Assembly: GCA_016208745.1 (NCBI GenBank)
Contig: JACQXN010000001.1
Coordinates: 1 to 54,007, forward strand
Reading direction: 5' to 3'
DNA from: Candidatus Portnoybacteria bacterium
GTDB taxonomy: Bacteria > Patescibacteriota > Minisyncoccia > Portnoybacterales > GWB1-42-6
DNA: 54,007 nt
Shown piece by piece: positions 9,532 through 18,475 of this stretch. How positions within the stretch are numbered: the first letter of the stretch is position 1; every line of letters starts with the position of its first letter. The notes beneath the pieces were generated by a model, which saw only the letters and a list, made by a program, of their open reading frames with translations, was not told the DNA's origin and did not search any database. The translations under genes were made by a program, and so were the position numbers.

Positions 9532-11013
9532 CTAGAATTGAAAATAAATGAATGATTTTGCGCCAAGATAGCCAAGCATTAAAATCCATAGAATAACCAA
9601 ATAATAAGCGCCGAGACGCCAAGAAAGCGGCCAGCGAATAATCAAGTTTCTGATGGAGGTTGATTTGGCGGCAGAAAATTCCACGATTTCCATAAACAGG
9701 ATAGCCGCCAGTATTAAAGATAAAAATGCTTTACTAGAACCAATCGTCGCGATTGTCAGGACTTGATAACGCAAAAATTCAAAATCAAAAATTTGCGCTA
9801 AACCCTTAGGCAGGTTGCTAATGATATGCCAGGCATCATTCAATGTTTGGGCGCGGAAAAATACCCAGCTTATACAAACCAGACCAAATGTCGCTGCTAT
9901 CTGCCAGATACGATATATTTTTGGCCATTGTCGGGCGCCAAGCTTTTGCGCCAATTTTTCCCGCCATGTTTTTGTTGCTTGTCCAAAAATCAAATAAAAG
10001 CCATGGGTTGCCCCAAGCATAACAAATGTCCAGTTGGCGCCATGCCATAAACCAATCAAGACAAACGTGATAAACAAAGCCCAATAAAGCCTGACGCGGG
10101 TCTTTTTTTTGGCTGCCAGCGCCAAAGGATAATACATATAATCGCGCAGCCAGCTGGATAATGATATATGCCATCGCCGCCAGAATTCTGTAATTGATCT
10201 GGATGCGTAAGGGCGATCAAAATTTTTCACTAATTCAACTCCCAGCACCCTGGCTGAACCAATCGCGATATCTGAATAGCCGGAAAAATCACAATATAAT
10301 TGATAGGCGAAAAAAACAACGGCCAATAAAATCGCGGCAGAATTTGTCTGATAGAGACCGCCGTAAATTTTATCAACCATCAGCGCTAATTGATCAGCGA
10401 TAACCAATTTTTTAAAAAATCCCCAGAGCATCAATGTCAAGCCATCCATTACCCGTTCGTAATCAAAGCTTTTCTTTTGGTGAAGTTGAGGTAATAAATG
10501 TTGCGGCCGTTCAATCGGACCGGCGACTAACTGCGGGAAAAACATTACGTAGAGCGCATAAATTCCAAGATGTTTTTCTGCCGGATGCTTGCCCCGATAT
10601 ACTTCAATAACGTAACTTAAACTCTGAAAGATATGGAAAGATAAGCCAATGGGCAATATTAATTTTAGGCTTTGGACGGAATAATTCCAGTTGATAACGT
10701 CTGCGAGATAAGAAATATTTTGATTAAAGAAGTTAAAATATTTAAAAACGAGCAAAGTGCCCAAGTTGCCAATAATGCTTAGAATCAGCAAAAGTTTTCG
10801 TTTTTTTCCTTGCTGTTTTTCAATCATCCGCCCCAGAGAATAATCAAGAAGAATCAGAAAAACCAAAACTAAAATATACCAGGGCATAAACGACATATAA
10901 AAATAAGCGCTTGCCAATAACAAAAACACCCACTGATAGCGGCGCGGGATAAGAAAAAACGCAAATATTACTATCGGGAAAAAAATTAAAAAGGCTAGCG
11001 AATTAAAAAGCAT
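9532..11013 (-). CDS. MBOAT-family membrane O-acyltransferase (DltB/AlgI-like)
   Basis: Multi-TM protein. MBOAT His region 'WRRWHISLSSWLRDYMYYPL'. Confidence 0.9.
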   Translation of the reverse strand: MLFNSLAFLIFFPIVIFAFFLIPRRYQWVFLLLASAYFYMSFMPWYILVLVFLILLDYSLGRMIEKQQGKKRKLLLILSIIGNLGTLLVFKYFNFFNQNISYLADVINWNYSVQSLKLILPIGLSFHIFQSLSYVIEVYRGKHPAEKHLGIYALYVMFFPQLVAGPIERPQHLLPQLHQKKSFDYERVMDGLTLMLWGFFKKLVIADQLALMVDKIYGGLYQTNSAAILLAVVFFAYQLYCDFSGYSDIAIGSARVLGVELVKNFDRPYASRSITEFWRRWHISLSSWLRDYMYYPLALAAKKKTRVRLYWALFITFVLIGLWHGANWTFVMLGATHGFYLIFGQATKTWREKLAQKLGARQWPKIYRIWQIAATFGLVCISWVFFRAQTLNDAWHIISNLPKGLAQIFDFEFLRYQVLTIATIGSSKAFLSLILAAILFMEIVEFSAAKSTSIRNLIIRWPLSWRLGAYYLVILWILMLGYLGAKSFIYFQF

Positions 11014-11021
11014 ATCATTCC

Positions 11022-11783
11022 CTATTTCTTAAGAAAGAATTTATCAACTAAAATGTTTAGATTATCAGATTTGCCTTCTGTCTTTGAGCAAAGCAAAGAA
11101 ATAGTTTTTGCTACATCTTGCGGTTTTGTCAGCTGTTGATTTGGAAATTTTTCTTTTAGCAATTCAATAAATCGATCCGGTATGTCGGCATTGATGCCGC
11201 CGGCAATAAAGCCCGGGGCAATAGCATAAACCCTGACATTATATTGCTTCAACTCATTGGCAAATTCTTTCAGCAATCCCTTAAGTGCGGATTTAGCGGA
11301 AATATAACCGCCAAAATTTCCCGATACGAGATTTTCTTCAATCGCCGACGTTGTTAAGCCAATTAATGTTCCTTCCCGGCGCTGCTTTAATAACAAGGTA
11401 ATATTTTTAAAAAAACTAAAACCGCCGAACAGACCAACGTTAAACTGGGCCTTAAATGTTTCCAAATCAAGATCGCTGACTTTTTTTCTGATAATCGGGG
11501 AATTGGCGCAATGAATGCCTATATAAATCGGGCCGATATTTTTTTCTATTTTTTGCAATACCTTGGCAACCTCATCTGGATTTTTTATGTCGCATTGATA
11601 GACAAAAACATCGGGCGAAGAGAAGGATTCGCAAATTTTTTTTACTTCGCTTTTTGGGGTTTCATGATAAAGCAAGGCAACCGCAAAGCCATCTTTGGAT
11701 AATTGTTGGCCAATAGCTTTTCCTAATAACCCAAATCCCCCGCTGATAACAGCCAATCTTTTATTGTTATTTATTTTATTCAT
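11022..11783 (-). CDS. Short-chain dehydrogenase/reductase (SDR)
   Basis: Gly-rich NAD(P)-binding 'VISGGFGLLGKAIG'. Catalytic 'YISAKSALK' (YxxxK). Confidence 0.85.
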   Translation of the reverse strand: MNKINNNKRLAVISGGFGLLGKAIGQQLSKDGFAVALLYHETPKSEVKKICESFSSPDVFVYQCDIKNPDEVAKVLQKIEKNIGPIYIGIHCANSPIIRKKVSDLDLETFKAQFNVGLFGGFSFFKNITLLLKQRREGTLIGLTTSAIEENLVSGNFGGYISAKSALKGLLKEFANELKQYNVRVYAIAPGFIAGGINADIPDRFIELLKEKFPNQQLTKPQDVAKTISLLCSKTEGKSDNLNILVDKFFLKK

Positions 11784-11788
11784 AAACT

Positions 11789-12232
11789 TTATTTTAGGAC
11801 ACGGATAAGCGCCTGACCATCAACCAATAGATCTTCAGATGATTTATCAATGATTTTTGTAGATAGGGCAATAGTATGAAAAGCGTCATTTTTATGCAAA
11901 ATAATTCCGCTGACCAGAATTTGCTGTCCAGAAAGCATCGGCCGATGAAAATTTAGGCTCTGCGATAGATATAAGCTGTATTTGCCGGGCAATTCCATGC
12001 CAATAAGACGAGAAAAAAGCATACCGGCAATCATGCCGTGAGCAACCGGATATTTAAACTTGGTCTCTGATGCGTATTCGGGATCTGTATGTATAGGATT
12101 GGCATCTCCTGACAATTTAACAAAGTCCGCAATAACTTCGCCGTTAATTAAAAAATCAAACTCTGCTTTTTGTCCAATAAGCAATTGGTCGTAGGTAAAT
12201 TGTTTTAATTGATCAGGCATTTGTATCGCCAC
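11789..12232 (-). CDS. MaoC-like (R)-hydratase/dehydratase hot-dog protein
   Basis: 'SGDANPIHTDPEYASETKFKYPVAHGMIAGMLFSRLIG'. A GTG start is implied at 12232; an alternative ATG lies at 12220. Confidence 0.8.
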   Translation of the reverse strand: MAIQMPDQLKQFTYDQLLIGQKAEFDFLINGEVIADFVKLSGDANPIHTDPEYASETKFKYPVAHGMIAGMLFSRLIGMELPGKYSLYLSQSLNFHRPMLSGQQILVSGIILHKNDAFHTIALSTKIIDKSSEDLLVDGQALIRVLK

Positions 12233-12449
12233 CCTTTGATACTATTAAACTAATGACATCGGAAAAATTTTTTACCGACATAACCTCGTCATAATTAAAC
12301 TCGATATTAAATGCCTTTTCTACTTCCGAAACTAAAATAATGGCATTCAATGAATCCCAGCTGGAGGTATTTTCCGGCGACAATTCCGGACCGATTTTTG
12401 CTTCGTCAACTCCCAAGACGGCTGAAAATATTTTTGTTAAGCGGCTCAT
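12213..12449 (-). CDS. Acyl/peptidyl carrier protein (DltC/ACP-like)
   Basis: 78 aa. Phosphopantetheine attachment motif 'WDSLNAIILVSEVEKAF'. Confidence 0.85.
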   Translation of the reverse strand: MSRLTKIFSAVLGVDEAKIGPELSPENTSSWDSLNAIILVSEVEKAFNIEFNYDEVMSVKNFSDVISLIVSKGGDTNA

Positions 12450-14185
12450 AAGGATTTTTCTTTAATTGCGACCGATTGACTGAAATGTTGCGCGTTGCTA
12501 ATTAAATCCGGCAGGCCGATCGAATAATGAATAATCTCGTTGTCTTGATTTGTTTGGTTAAATCCAAGCGACGATAAAAAATCCTTAGCCGGTTTATTTT
12601 TCTGAGTTGGCGTAAAAGCGGCTGTTAATTGCCCAAATCCGCATCGGTCCAGCTCCCTTGCTAAATAATGCATAAATTTTTGCTCTACCCCGCGACCCAT
12701 GACCCGACAGCTCATTAAAAAAGTATCTAGATCGATAACGTCTCTATTTATTGGTTTTAAGACCGCTATAATTGTTTTGCCGTAATCGCCAAATTTATCT
12801 GATATGTTTCCTGAAAAAATCAGAGCGCCATCATCAATCAACTGTTCTATTTCTTTTTCAGAATAACGCTTAGTCGTTAAATTAAATTGGTTTGTTTTTA
12901 TGGTTAGTTGCGAAAGGCGGCCAATTGCCGCTCTGTTATTTTTTTCAATAATAATCTCGATATTTAAGGCCGCGATATAATCTTTGAGGTTTTTGGTTGA
13001 ATATAATATATTCTTTCGCTGGCGCTCATCCGCATACATTTTTGCTTTTTGCCAATCTTCTTCTGTCAGGCTAAATTGATTAAAAACATTGAGCGAATAT
13101 AAGGTCGGAACATAATGTTCTGGCGCTGGCGGCAATTCTGGCACAGCAACATCAGGCAACATAGAACGAACCAATCCTCGATTAACAGGATCGTCGTCAA
13201 TAAAAACAAGGCTGTCTAGTCCGATGTTAATTTCTTGTGCAATTTCGATCATATTTTTAGCTTTGTCTTCCCAATTCAGCCTAATTGCCGCAAAATGATT
13301 TTCTTTTAGAATCATATGAGGATTTTGAGCAAAAACTTCTGAAACATCTTCCGGATTATTCTTGCTGTTAATAGCCAGAATTATGCCCCGGTTATATAAA
13401 TCCAAAAGAGCATGTTGAAAATTTTGATAAGCCAAACCCGGATAATCAGGTCCAAGAGCAATGCCAAGCGGGCCTGTTTCGCCAACCACGCCGCCCCATA
13501 GGGTGTTATCCAAATCAAGAACAATGCATTTTTTTGTTTGGCCTAAAAGAGCCCGAATATAACTAGACCACTCCTGCGTTAAGGCCAAAAGAAAGTCATT
13601 ATTAAAAGGGATATCAAAGGCATAGAGCCCGCGAAAGTCTCTGATATGCCGTTCTCCTTGTTGTTGCGCCAAAGCATTAATGTCAAAGATATAAAGATTT
13701 TTTATTTCTTGGCTCAAATCCTTAAGTTTCTGATTGGCTTGTTGGATAAGAATAAATAGAGGGCTTAATTCAAAAAGATTGCCATAAGCGCCTAAATAAG
13801 GAATTAGAAAGCTTGTCATTATAACTGGCGCTGTTGTTTGCAGGCAATACTCTTTTACATCGGTTAATAATTCCAGAAAATGCTGCTCGTCAGAGGTAAA
13901 AGAGGATTTTAGATATGGATTAGCGTCAAAAAGAATAAAAGTGACGTCTGCCGGATTCTGATACAAAGCGCTTTGCCGGTTTTTTAAATGAAGATAATAT
14001 TGTTTATACGGAACAGCAAAAATTTCCGGATAAATTCCCTGGCTTAATAAAAAACCTTTGAGGATTTTTTGCAAAATCTCATCAGTAAAATTGGTAATTA
14101 AGTTAATTTTAATCTTTTTTTTGCCCCCGTCGTTTGGGGCGCCTTTGTTTGCGTTAGCTAATTTTAGATAGTCAAGCAGTTCCAT
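12446..14185 (-). CDS. FkbH-like HAD-superfamily (IIIC) domain protein with C-terminal GNAT-like domain (predicted glyceryl-ACP loader)
   Basis: HAD motif I 'CIVLDLDNTLWGGVVGE'. Architecture is typical of FkbH/OzmB-type enzymes. Confidence 0.75.
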   Translation of the reverse strand: MELLDYLKLANANKGAPNDGGKKKIKINLITNFTDEILQKILKGFLLSQGIYPEIFAVPYKQYYLHLKNRQSALYQNPADVTFILFDANPYLKSSFTSDEQHFLELLTDVKEYCLQTTAPVIMTSFLIPYLGAYGNLFELSPLFILIQQANQKLKDLSQEIKNLYIFDINALAQQQGERHIRDFRGLYAFDIPFNNDFLLALTQEWSSYIRALLGQTKKCIVLDLDNTLWGGVVGETGPLGIALGPDYPGLAYQNFQHALLDLYNRGIILAINSKNNPEDVSEVFAQNPHMILKENHFAAIRLNWEDKAKNMIEIAQEINIGLDSLVFIDDDPVNRGLVRSMLPDVAVPELPPAPEHYVPTLYSLNVFNQFSLTEEDWQKAKMYADERQRKNILYSTKNLKDYIAALNIEIIIEKNNRAAIGRLSQLTIKTNQFNLTTKRYSEKEIEQLIDDGALIFSGNISDKFGDYGKTIIAVLKPINRDVIDLDTFLMSCRVMGRGVEQKFMHYLARELDRCGFGQLTAAFTPTQKNKPAKDFLSSLGFNQTNQDNEIIHYSIGLPDLISNAQHFSQSVAIKEKSL

Positions 14186-14188
14186 AAT

Positions 14189-14536
14189 TTAAAAAGCGAC
14201 GGCAAAACCAGCGACATAATCTGTAGAATGCGATAAGCTGACTTTTAGTTGATAATTGTGCGCTTGTTTTGATAATAATCTAACCAGAGGCTTTTTACCT
14301 GCTTTAATGATTTCAAAATCGTGATACGTCAGGGTTTCAGGGCAAGCTTTAATGACCGCTTCTTTGACAGCAAGGCGCGACGCTAAAAAAATAGCTGGGT
14401 TATTGTGTGATTTAAATTGCTTGTATTCGGCTGGGGTTAAAATTAATTCTGCAGCTCTGGCCAGAAATTTAATTTTTTTAAAGCGTTCCAATTCGATAAT
14501 GTCAACACCCACACCGAATAATTTTGGCCGGTGCAT
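14189..14536 (-). CDS. acpS: Holo-ACP synthase (4'-phosphopantetheinyl transferase AcpS)
   Basis: 'FGVGVDIIELERFKK..ASRLAVKEAVIKA'. First gene of the operon. Confidence 0.85.
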   Translation of the reverse strand: MHRPKLFGVGVDIIELERFKKIKFLARAAELILTPAEYKQFKSHNNPAIFLASRLAVKEAVIKACPETLTYHDFEIIKAGKKPLVRLLSKQAHNYQLKVSLSHSTDYVAGFAVAF

Positions 14537-14568
14537 AAATTGCGTTTTTAAGCCTTATTTTTGAATTG

Positions 14569-14937
14569 CTATTCCACAATTATTTCCCCTGTCATATCAG
14601 GATGAATATCGCAACGATAAGAATAGCTACCTTTTTCAATAAAAGTCTTTTCAAATATGGCGCCGCAGATAATTTCTCCGCTATCCCAGCCTTCTCCGGT
14701 TACCGTATGGTTAACCGCATCTTCGTTTTGCCAGATGATTTTTGTGTTGCGAGGCACTTTTAAAACAGCCGGGTCAAATTTGAAATTCATTATTATGATT
14801 TTTTGTTCGCTGCCCTCTGTTAAGGGGACTTGATTAACTTCGTTTTTGTTGAATTTTTGAATAGCAAAAGCGGCTCCGACGGTTAGCGCTACTAAGACGA
14901 TTATAAGAATTAGTCTATTTTTCATATCAAATATCAT
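14569..14937 (-). CDS. Type-1 blue copper protein (plastocyanin/amicyanin-like cupredoxin), exported
   Basis: Signal/anchor, then complete ligand set: H in 'AVNHTVT' and 'YRCDIHPDMTGEI' (Cys-x2-His-x2-Met). Confidence 0.85.
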   Translation of the reverse strand: MIFDMKNRLILIIVLVALTVGAAFAIQKFNKNEVNQVPLTEGSEQKIIIMNFKFDPAVLKVPRNTKIIWQNEDAVNHTVTGEGWDSGEIICGAIFEKTFIEKGSYSYRCDIHPDMTGEIIVE

Positions 14938-14946
14938 ATGATTGCT

Positions 14947-15432
14947 TTATGCGATTTGCGCAAAAAGCACGACATAGTTTTTGCCGTATTTCTTGGCGCA
15001 TTTGGGGCAGGTGGTATAAGAAAAATAAATTTTCTTTAGTTCTTTGCCTTTGGATTTTATATATTCTTCCATTTCTTTGGCCCATTTGCCGACATTCTGA
15101 TACGGCCCCTCAAAAACTTTTGTTAAGAAAGTTCCGGAAATCGTTGCCATTTTGGCACCGGGCACTTCTTTCAAAACATCAATATAAATATCCGATCCCC
15201 AGAGAGATTTTTCGTCGGTCAGCATTAATTGATACGGCGCTTTTGCGCCAGCGTCCTCTATAAGTTCAATATTCTTAATGATTTTGGCGCCCATATTAAG
15301 CGGGATATGGAAAAAACTTGTTACATGGTCTTTGACAAAAATTTTATTATCCCAAGTTATCTCTTTTTCCTGCCACGGTTCGGGATTAAAAGGGTCGCAG
15401 CAGCCTGTTGGTTTGATTGTTTGATGATCCAT
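14947..15432 (-). CDS. Hypothetical protein with C-terminal CPKC motif
   Basis: 161-aa ORF; no family recognised. Confidence 0.6.
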   Translation of the reverse strand: MDHQTIKPTGCCDPFNPEPWQEKEITWDNKIFVKDHVTSFFHIPLNMGAKIIKNIELIEDAGAKAPYQLMLTDEKSLWGSDIYIDVLKEVPGAKMATISGTFLTKVFEGPYQNVGKWAKEMEEYIKSKGKELKKIYFSYTTCPKCAKKYGKNYVVLFAQIA

Positions 15433-15451
15433 ATATTAATAAAATATTCGT

Positions 15452-15583
15452 ATTCTCCCTCCCCTCCTCAGATGAGGAGGGCTTCGGCCGTGAGCTCAGC
15501 CGAACGGGAATAAAAGGGGAGGTGTTGATTCTGAATTCAACACCCCACCTGAATCCTCCCCTCATCTGAGGGGAGGAGGAATT
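15452..15583. repeat. Family B MITE-like element (copy B1, intergenic) with ~22-bp terminal inverted repeats
   Basis: TIRs 'attctccctcccctcctcagatgagg' ... 'cctcatctgaggggaggaggaatt'. Internal hairpins 'ttcggccgtgagctcagccgaa' and 'gtgttgattctgaattcaacac'. Second copy at 38214-38310. Confidence 0.85.
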
Positions 15584-15590
15584 GGAATAA

Positions 15591-16427
15591 TTATTTATTG
15601 ACTTTATTTATATACTCCCAAAAAATATTCATTAAATATCTTGTATTTTCTCCCACCTTCCCATTCCCTATTTTATTATCGTCAATTTTAACCACCGGCA
15701 CAATACCTCTTGAAGTTGAGGAAATGAAAGCTTCGCTGGCGCCAAGCGCTTCCTTTAATTTAAGCGGCCGTTCGATCACTTTAAATTTATTTTTTGCCAA
15801 TTTTAAAATTAATCCCCTCCTTGTGCCGTGCAATATGTTTTCTTTCGCCGTAATTAACGAGTTGTTTTTGAATATAAAAAAGTTGCAGGTCGCGCCTTCC
15901 AGAACAAATCCTTTTGAGGTATAGAGAATTTCAAAAGCCTTCTTTTTTTCTTTAAGCCCCATTAGGCTCATCATGGTAGCGTAATTATTTGATTTTGCTT
16001 CGGGTTTTTCTCTTTGATGCTCGCAGGTTATCATTTTTACGCCTTTTTCATAGATATGGGGCGGGCATTCAGGCAATTCTTTCGTTGTAATAAAAAATGT
16101 CGGGCAATCATAATCGCAAGTTATGCCATTTTGGCTTTCCCCGCCGGTTAGAACGATTCTTATGGCAGCGTCTTCTATTTTGTTTTTAGCCAAAAGGCTT
16201 AAAATTATATTCCCTACTTCTTTTTTTGAAGCAGGGACTTTAAGATTTAAGCTTTTGGCTGATTTTTCAAAGCGGGCAAGATGTTCGTTTAATAAAAATG
16301 GTTTGCCATTATAAGTTCTTAAATAATCAAAAACTCCATATCCGCGCAAAAGGCCGATATCATTGATGCTAACTTTGGCTTTTTCTTCGGGAATGACTTT
16401 TCCGTTTAGATAGCAATATTTTGGCAT
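15591..16427 (-). CDS. Class IV PLP-dependent aminotransferase (branched-chain/D-amino-acid aminotransferase family)
   Basis: 'LNGKVIPEEKAKVSINDIGLLRGYGVFD', 'IRIVLTGGE'. Confidence 0.85.
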   Translation of the reverse strand: MPKYCYLNGKVIPEEKAKVSINDIGLLRGYGVFDYLRTYNGKPFLLNEHLARFEKSAKSLNLKVPASKKEVGNIILSLLAKNKIEDAAIRIVLTGGESQNGITCDYDCPTFFITTKELPECPPHIYEKGVKMITCEHQREKPEAKSNNYATMMSLMGLKEKKKAFEILYTSKGFVLEGATCNFFIFKNNSLITAKENILHGTRRGLILKLAKNKFKVIERPLKLKEALGASEAFISSTSRGIVPVVKIDDNKIGNGKVGENTRYLMNIFWEYINKVNK

Positions 16428-16488
16428 AACAATAGCATAGCACGACTTTTTGAATTGTGAAATCTAATCTCCCGAGTTTGGTCAATAA

Positions 16489-16726
16489 TGTCATTCCGGC
16501 CTTGCCTGCCCGCCGGTAGGCAGGGAATCCAGCCCCCTCTCTTAAGATAAGAGAGGGGTAGGGTGAGTTATGAATTAAAATTATAACTCCTCCCACCCTC
16601 CTCTTATATTAAGAGGAGGAGTAAATATGGATTTCCGCTGGAGTTTACCCCGTACTACGATACGGGGCGGGAGGTGGATTTATTCGTATGTGCGAAATTC
16701 GGATGAATTTTTCGCTATTCGGATAC
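16489..16726. repeat. Composite intergenic block of stacked palindromic mini-repeats
   Basis: Partial family C 'tgtcattccggcc..cagggaatcc'. Hairpins 'ccctctcttaagataagagaggg' and 'ctcctcttatattaagaggag'. 'ccccgtactacgatacggggcggg' module. Family D copy 16678-16726 'atttattcgtatgtgcgaaattcggatgaatttttcgctattcggatac'. Confidence 0.8.
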
Positions 16727-16774
16727 AAAAAAGCCCTCGGGTATTCCGGGGGCTAGATGTTATATGAAGTGATT

Positions 16775-16978
16775 TTACGTTTGAGCTTTATCATCTTCAT
16801 CTTTCAGGTAGCGCGGCGCGAAAAGTTCAAGGGTTTTTTCAAAAGTCGGATCAACCCTTTTAAGATAGGCGTGTGTTTCGGCCAATGGGCTGATACCTTT
16901 TTTCCTGATTTCTTCGTGATTTTGATAAAGCTCTATCGTTCGCATGGAAATATACAATTCAGCTTCTTTGCTCGGCAT
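16775..16978 (-). CDS. Small hypothetical protein (67 aa), 4th gene of a small-gene operon
   Basis: AGGAGA RBS 7 nt upstream. Confidence 0.55.
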   Translation of the reverse strand: MPSKEAELYISMRTIELYQNHEEIRKKGISPLAETHAYLKRVDPTFEKTLELFAPRYLKDEDDKAQT

Positions 16979-16996
16979 AATTTTCTCTCCTTTTTT

Positions 16997-17161
16997 CTAC
17001 TTGCATATTGCTTTACCAAGAAGTTCCGCATAGAAGTCAGCCATTGGGTCGTCACTTTTAATAATCGGCGGCTCAGGTTTATGACCTAAAATAAGTTCAT
17101 GGAATGAAACTTTCGTCTCTACCAATTTTCCATCTTTATCTCTCTTAATCATGGTCGCCAT
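16997..17161 (-). CDS. Small hypothetical protein (54 aa), not in ORF track
   Basis: ORF 'MATMIKRDKDGKLVETKVSFHELILGHKPEPPIIKSDDPMADFYAELLGKAICK' with AAGGAGA RBS 4 nt upstream. Fills the gap between flanking small genes. Confidence 0.5.
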   Translation of the reverse strand: MATMIKRDKDGKLVETKVSFHELILGHKPEPPIIKSDDPMADFYAELLGKAICK

Positions 17162-17172
17162 TTCTTCTCCTT

Positions 17173-17397
17173 TTATCCAAAAGGTCTATCCAAAGCATGG
17201 GCGGCGGCAACAAACCTAGCTCTTTCTTCCTCTTTTATCTTCGCTTGAAATTCTTCTATCTCTTCGGCAGTGTGGCCCAATGTGCCCGGAACTATTTTTA
17301 TGATCCCTTCTTTTATTTTTCTTTGCCGCTCAGCCACTTCTTTTTTAAAATCCGCGATTACTTGTTCTTTAGTCTTGATCGGAAATTCATCAGGCAT
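17173..17397 (-). CDS. Small hypothetical acidic helical protein (74 aa)
   Basis: GGGAGGGG RBS upstream. Overlaps the upstream gene by 8 nt. Confidence 0.6.
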   Translation of the reverse strand: MPDEFPIKTKEQVIADFKKEVAERQRKIKEGIIKIVPGTLGHTAEEIEEFQAKIKEEERARFVAAAHALDRPFG

Positions 17398-17584
17398 CTT
17401 TTATCCCCTCCCTTTGTTTCTCTCGCCAATGCCGTCGGCCAATTTCTTCAATGTGCTCTTGGGCCGCAATCAGCTCTTTGGGATGCAAATGAGCCAATTG
17501 CATGACAGCTAATTGGGCGCTGATTAAATTATTATCATAATCATCATCTGGTAAAATTGGCCTGCCGCTTTTAGTGAATTCCAT
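17390..17584 (-). CDS. Small hypothetical protein (64 aa), first gene of the small-gene operon
   Basis: GGGAGGT RBS upstream. A palindromic operator-like site lies at 17617-17667. Confidence 0.6.
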   Translation of the reverse strand: MEFTKSGRPILPDDDYDNNLISAQLAVMQLAHLHPKELIAAQEHIEEIGRRHWREKQREGIKDA

Positions 17585-17690
17585 TTAAATACCTCCCTTT
17601 TGTAAAAGAACAAATTTGTTGAATCTAATCTGTCGATGTTCGACGTCGGCAGAAATTATCGACGTCGGACATCAATAATATAAGCTAATT

Positions 17691-18056
17691 TTACGCCACT
17701 CTTTTCTTTTTCCATCCGAGAATAAACAAAATTCCTATAAAAAACGCCGGGCCGGCGATTTGCAGAGCCCATGCAATCATATACCACTCAAAAGGATTTC
17801 TCATTAATAAAACAATATATATTAAGCCAGCCAGAATAAAAGCGATTCCTCCGACTATTTCGTATTTCCAGGATATTAAAAGGACAGCCAATAAGGCAAG
17901 CGCTGGAATATTATGGATAAACAGCCCAAGCATTATTTGCCAAAAGCCCGATTCAGATTCAAAGACATCCAAAGAAAACAGCGCTAAAAATAATATAAAT
18001 ATTATAGATAAAATCCTCGGCGTCCAAAAGACGAATTTACTAACATTTTTTTGCAT
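17691..18056 (-). CDS. Integral membrane protein (4 TM), hypothetical
   Basis: 121 aa, four predicted hydrophobic segments. Confidence 0.7.
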   Translation of the reverse strand: MQKNVSKFVFWTPRILSIIFILFLALFSLDVFESESGFWQIMLGLFIHNIPALALLAVLLISWKYEIVGGIAFILAGLIYIVLLMRNPFEWYMIAWALQIAGPAFFIGILFILGWKKKRVA

Positions 18057-18146
18057 AGTTTTTAAGACAGTGGCATATTGCTAATTTAATTATAGGTTAG
18101 TTGCTTGAATCTGGCAACTTATGAATAAAAAGTCAAAATAAAAAAC

Positions 18147-18166
18147 CACCTTTCATGAAAGGTGGC
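18147..18166 (-). terminator. Rho-independent terminator
   Basis: 'ccacctttc atg aaaggtgg' with an A-run on the plus strand (T-run on minus) immediately 3' of gene 18177..18326. Confidence 0.7.
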
Positions 18167-18176
18167 GCTGGAAATT

Positions 18177-18326
18177 TTAAAAATTAAATCCGAGTTTCCC
18201 CAGAACGATAAGGCCAATAATGGCTGCCAAACAGCCCATAGCTTTGAATCGCCGGGTTTTGCCCCAAATTCCCAAGCCTAAGCCGAGGCCGGTTATCAGG
18301 CAAGCCGCAGTTGTCAGATATTCCAT
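18177..18326 (-). CDS. Small membrane protein (49 aa)
   Basis: Start moved to the internal Met at 18326, which has an AAGGAGG RBS 7 nt upstream. Gly-rich TM segment. Confidence 0.55.
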   Translation of the reverse strand: MEYLTTAACLITGLGLGLGIWGKTRRFKAMGCLAAIIGLIVLGKLGFNF

Positions 18327-18475
18327 AATAGTCCTCCTTATTTTGTTGTCAGTGTACAATTTGATCTATTATCTTACATCTAATTTACTTATGTGTCAAT
18401 TTTTTGTCTATCAGCCTTTTTCTTTTAACACAAAATAGCACTTAGTTGGCGCCTAATCTATAAAAACTAAAACAT

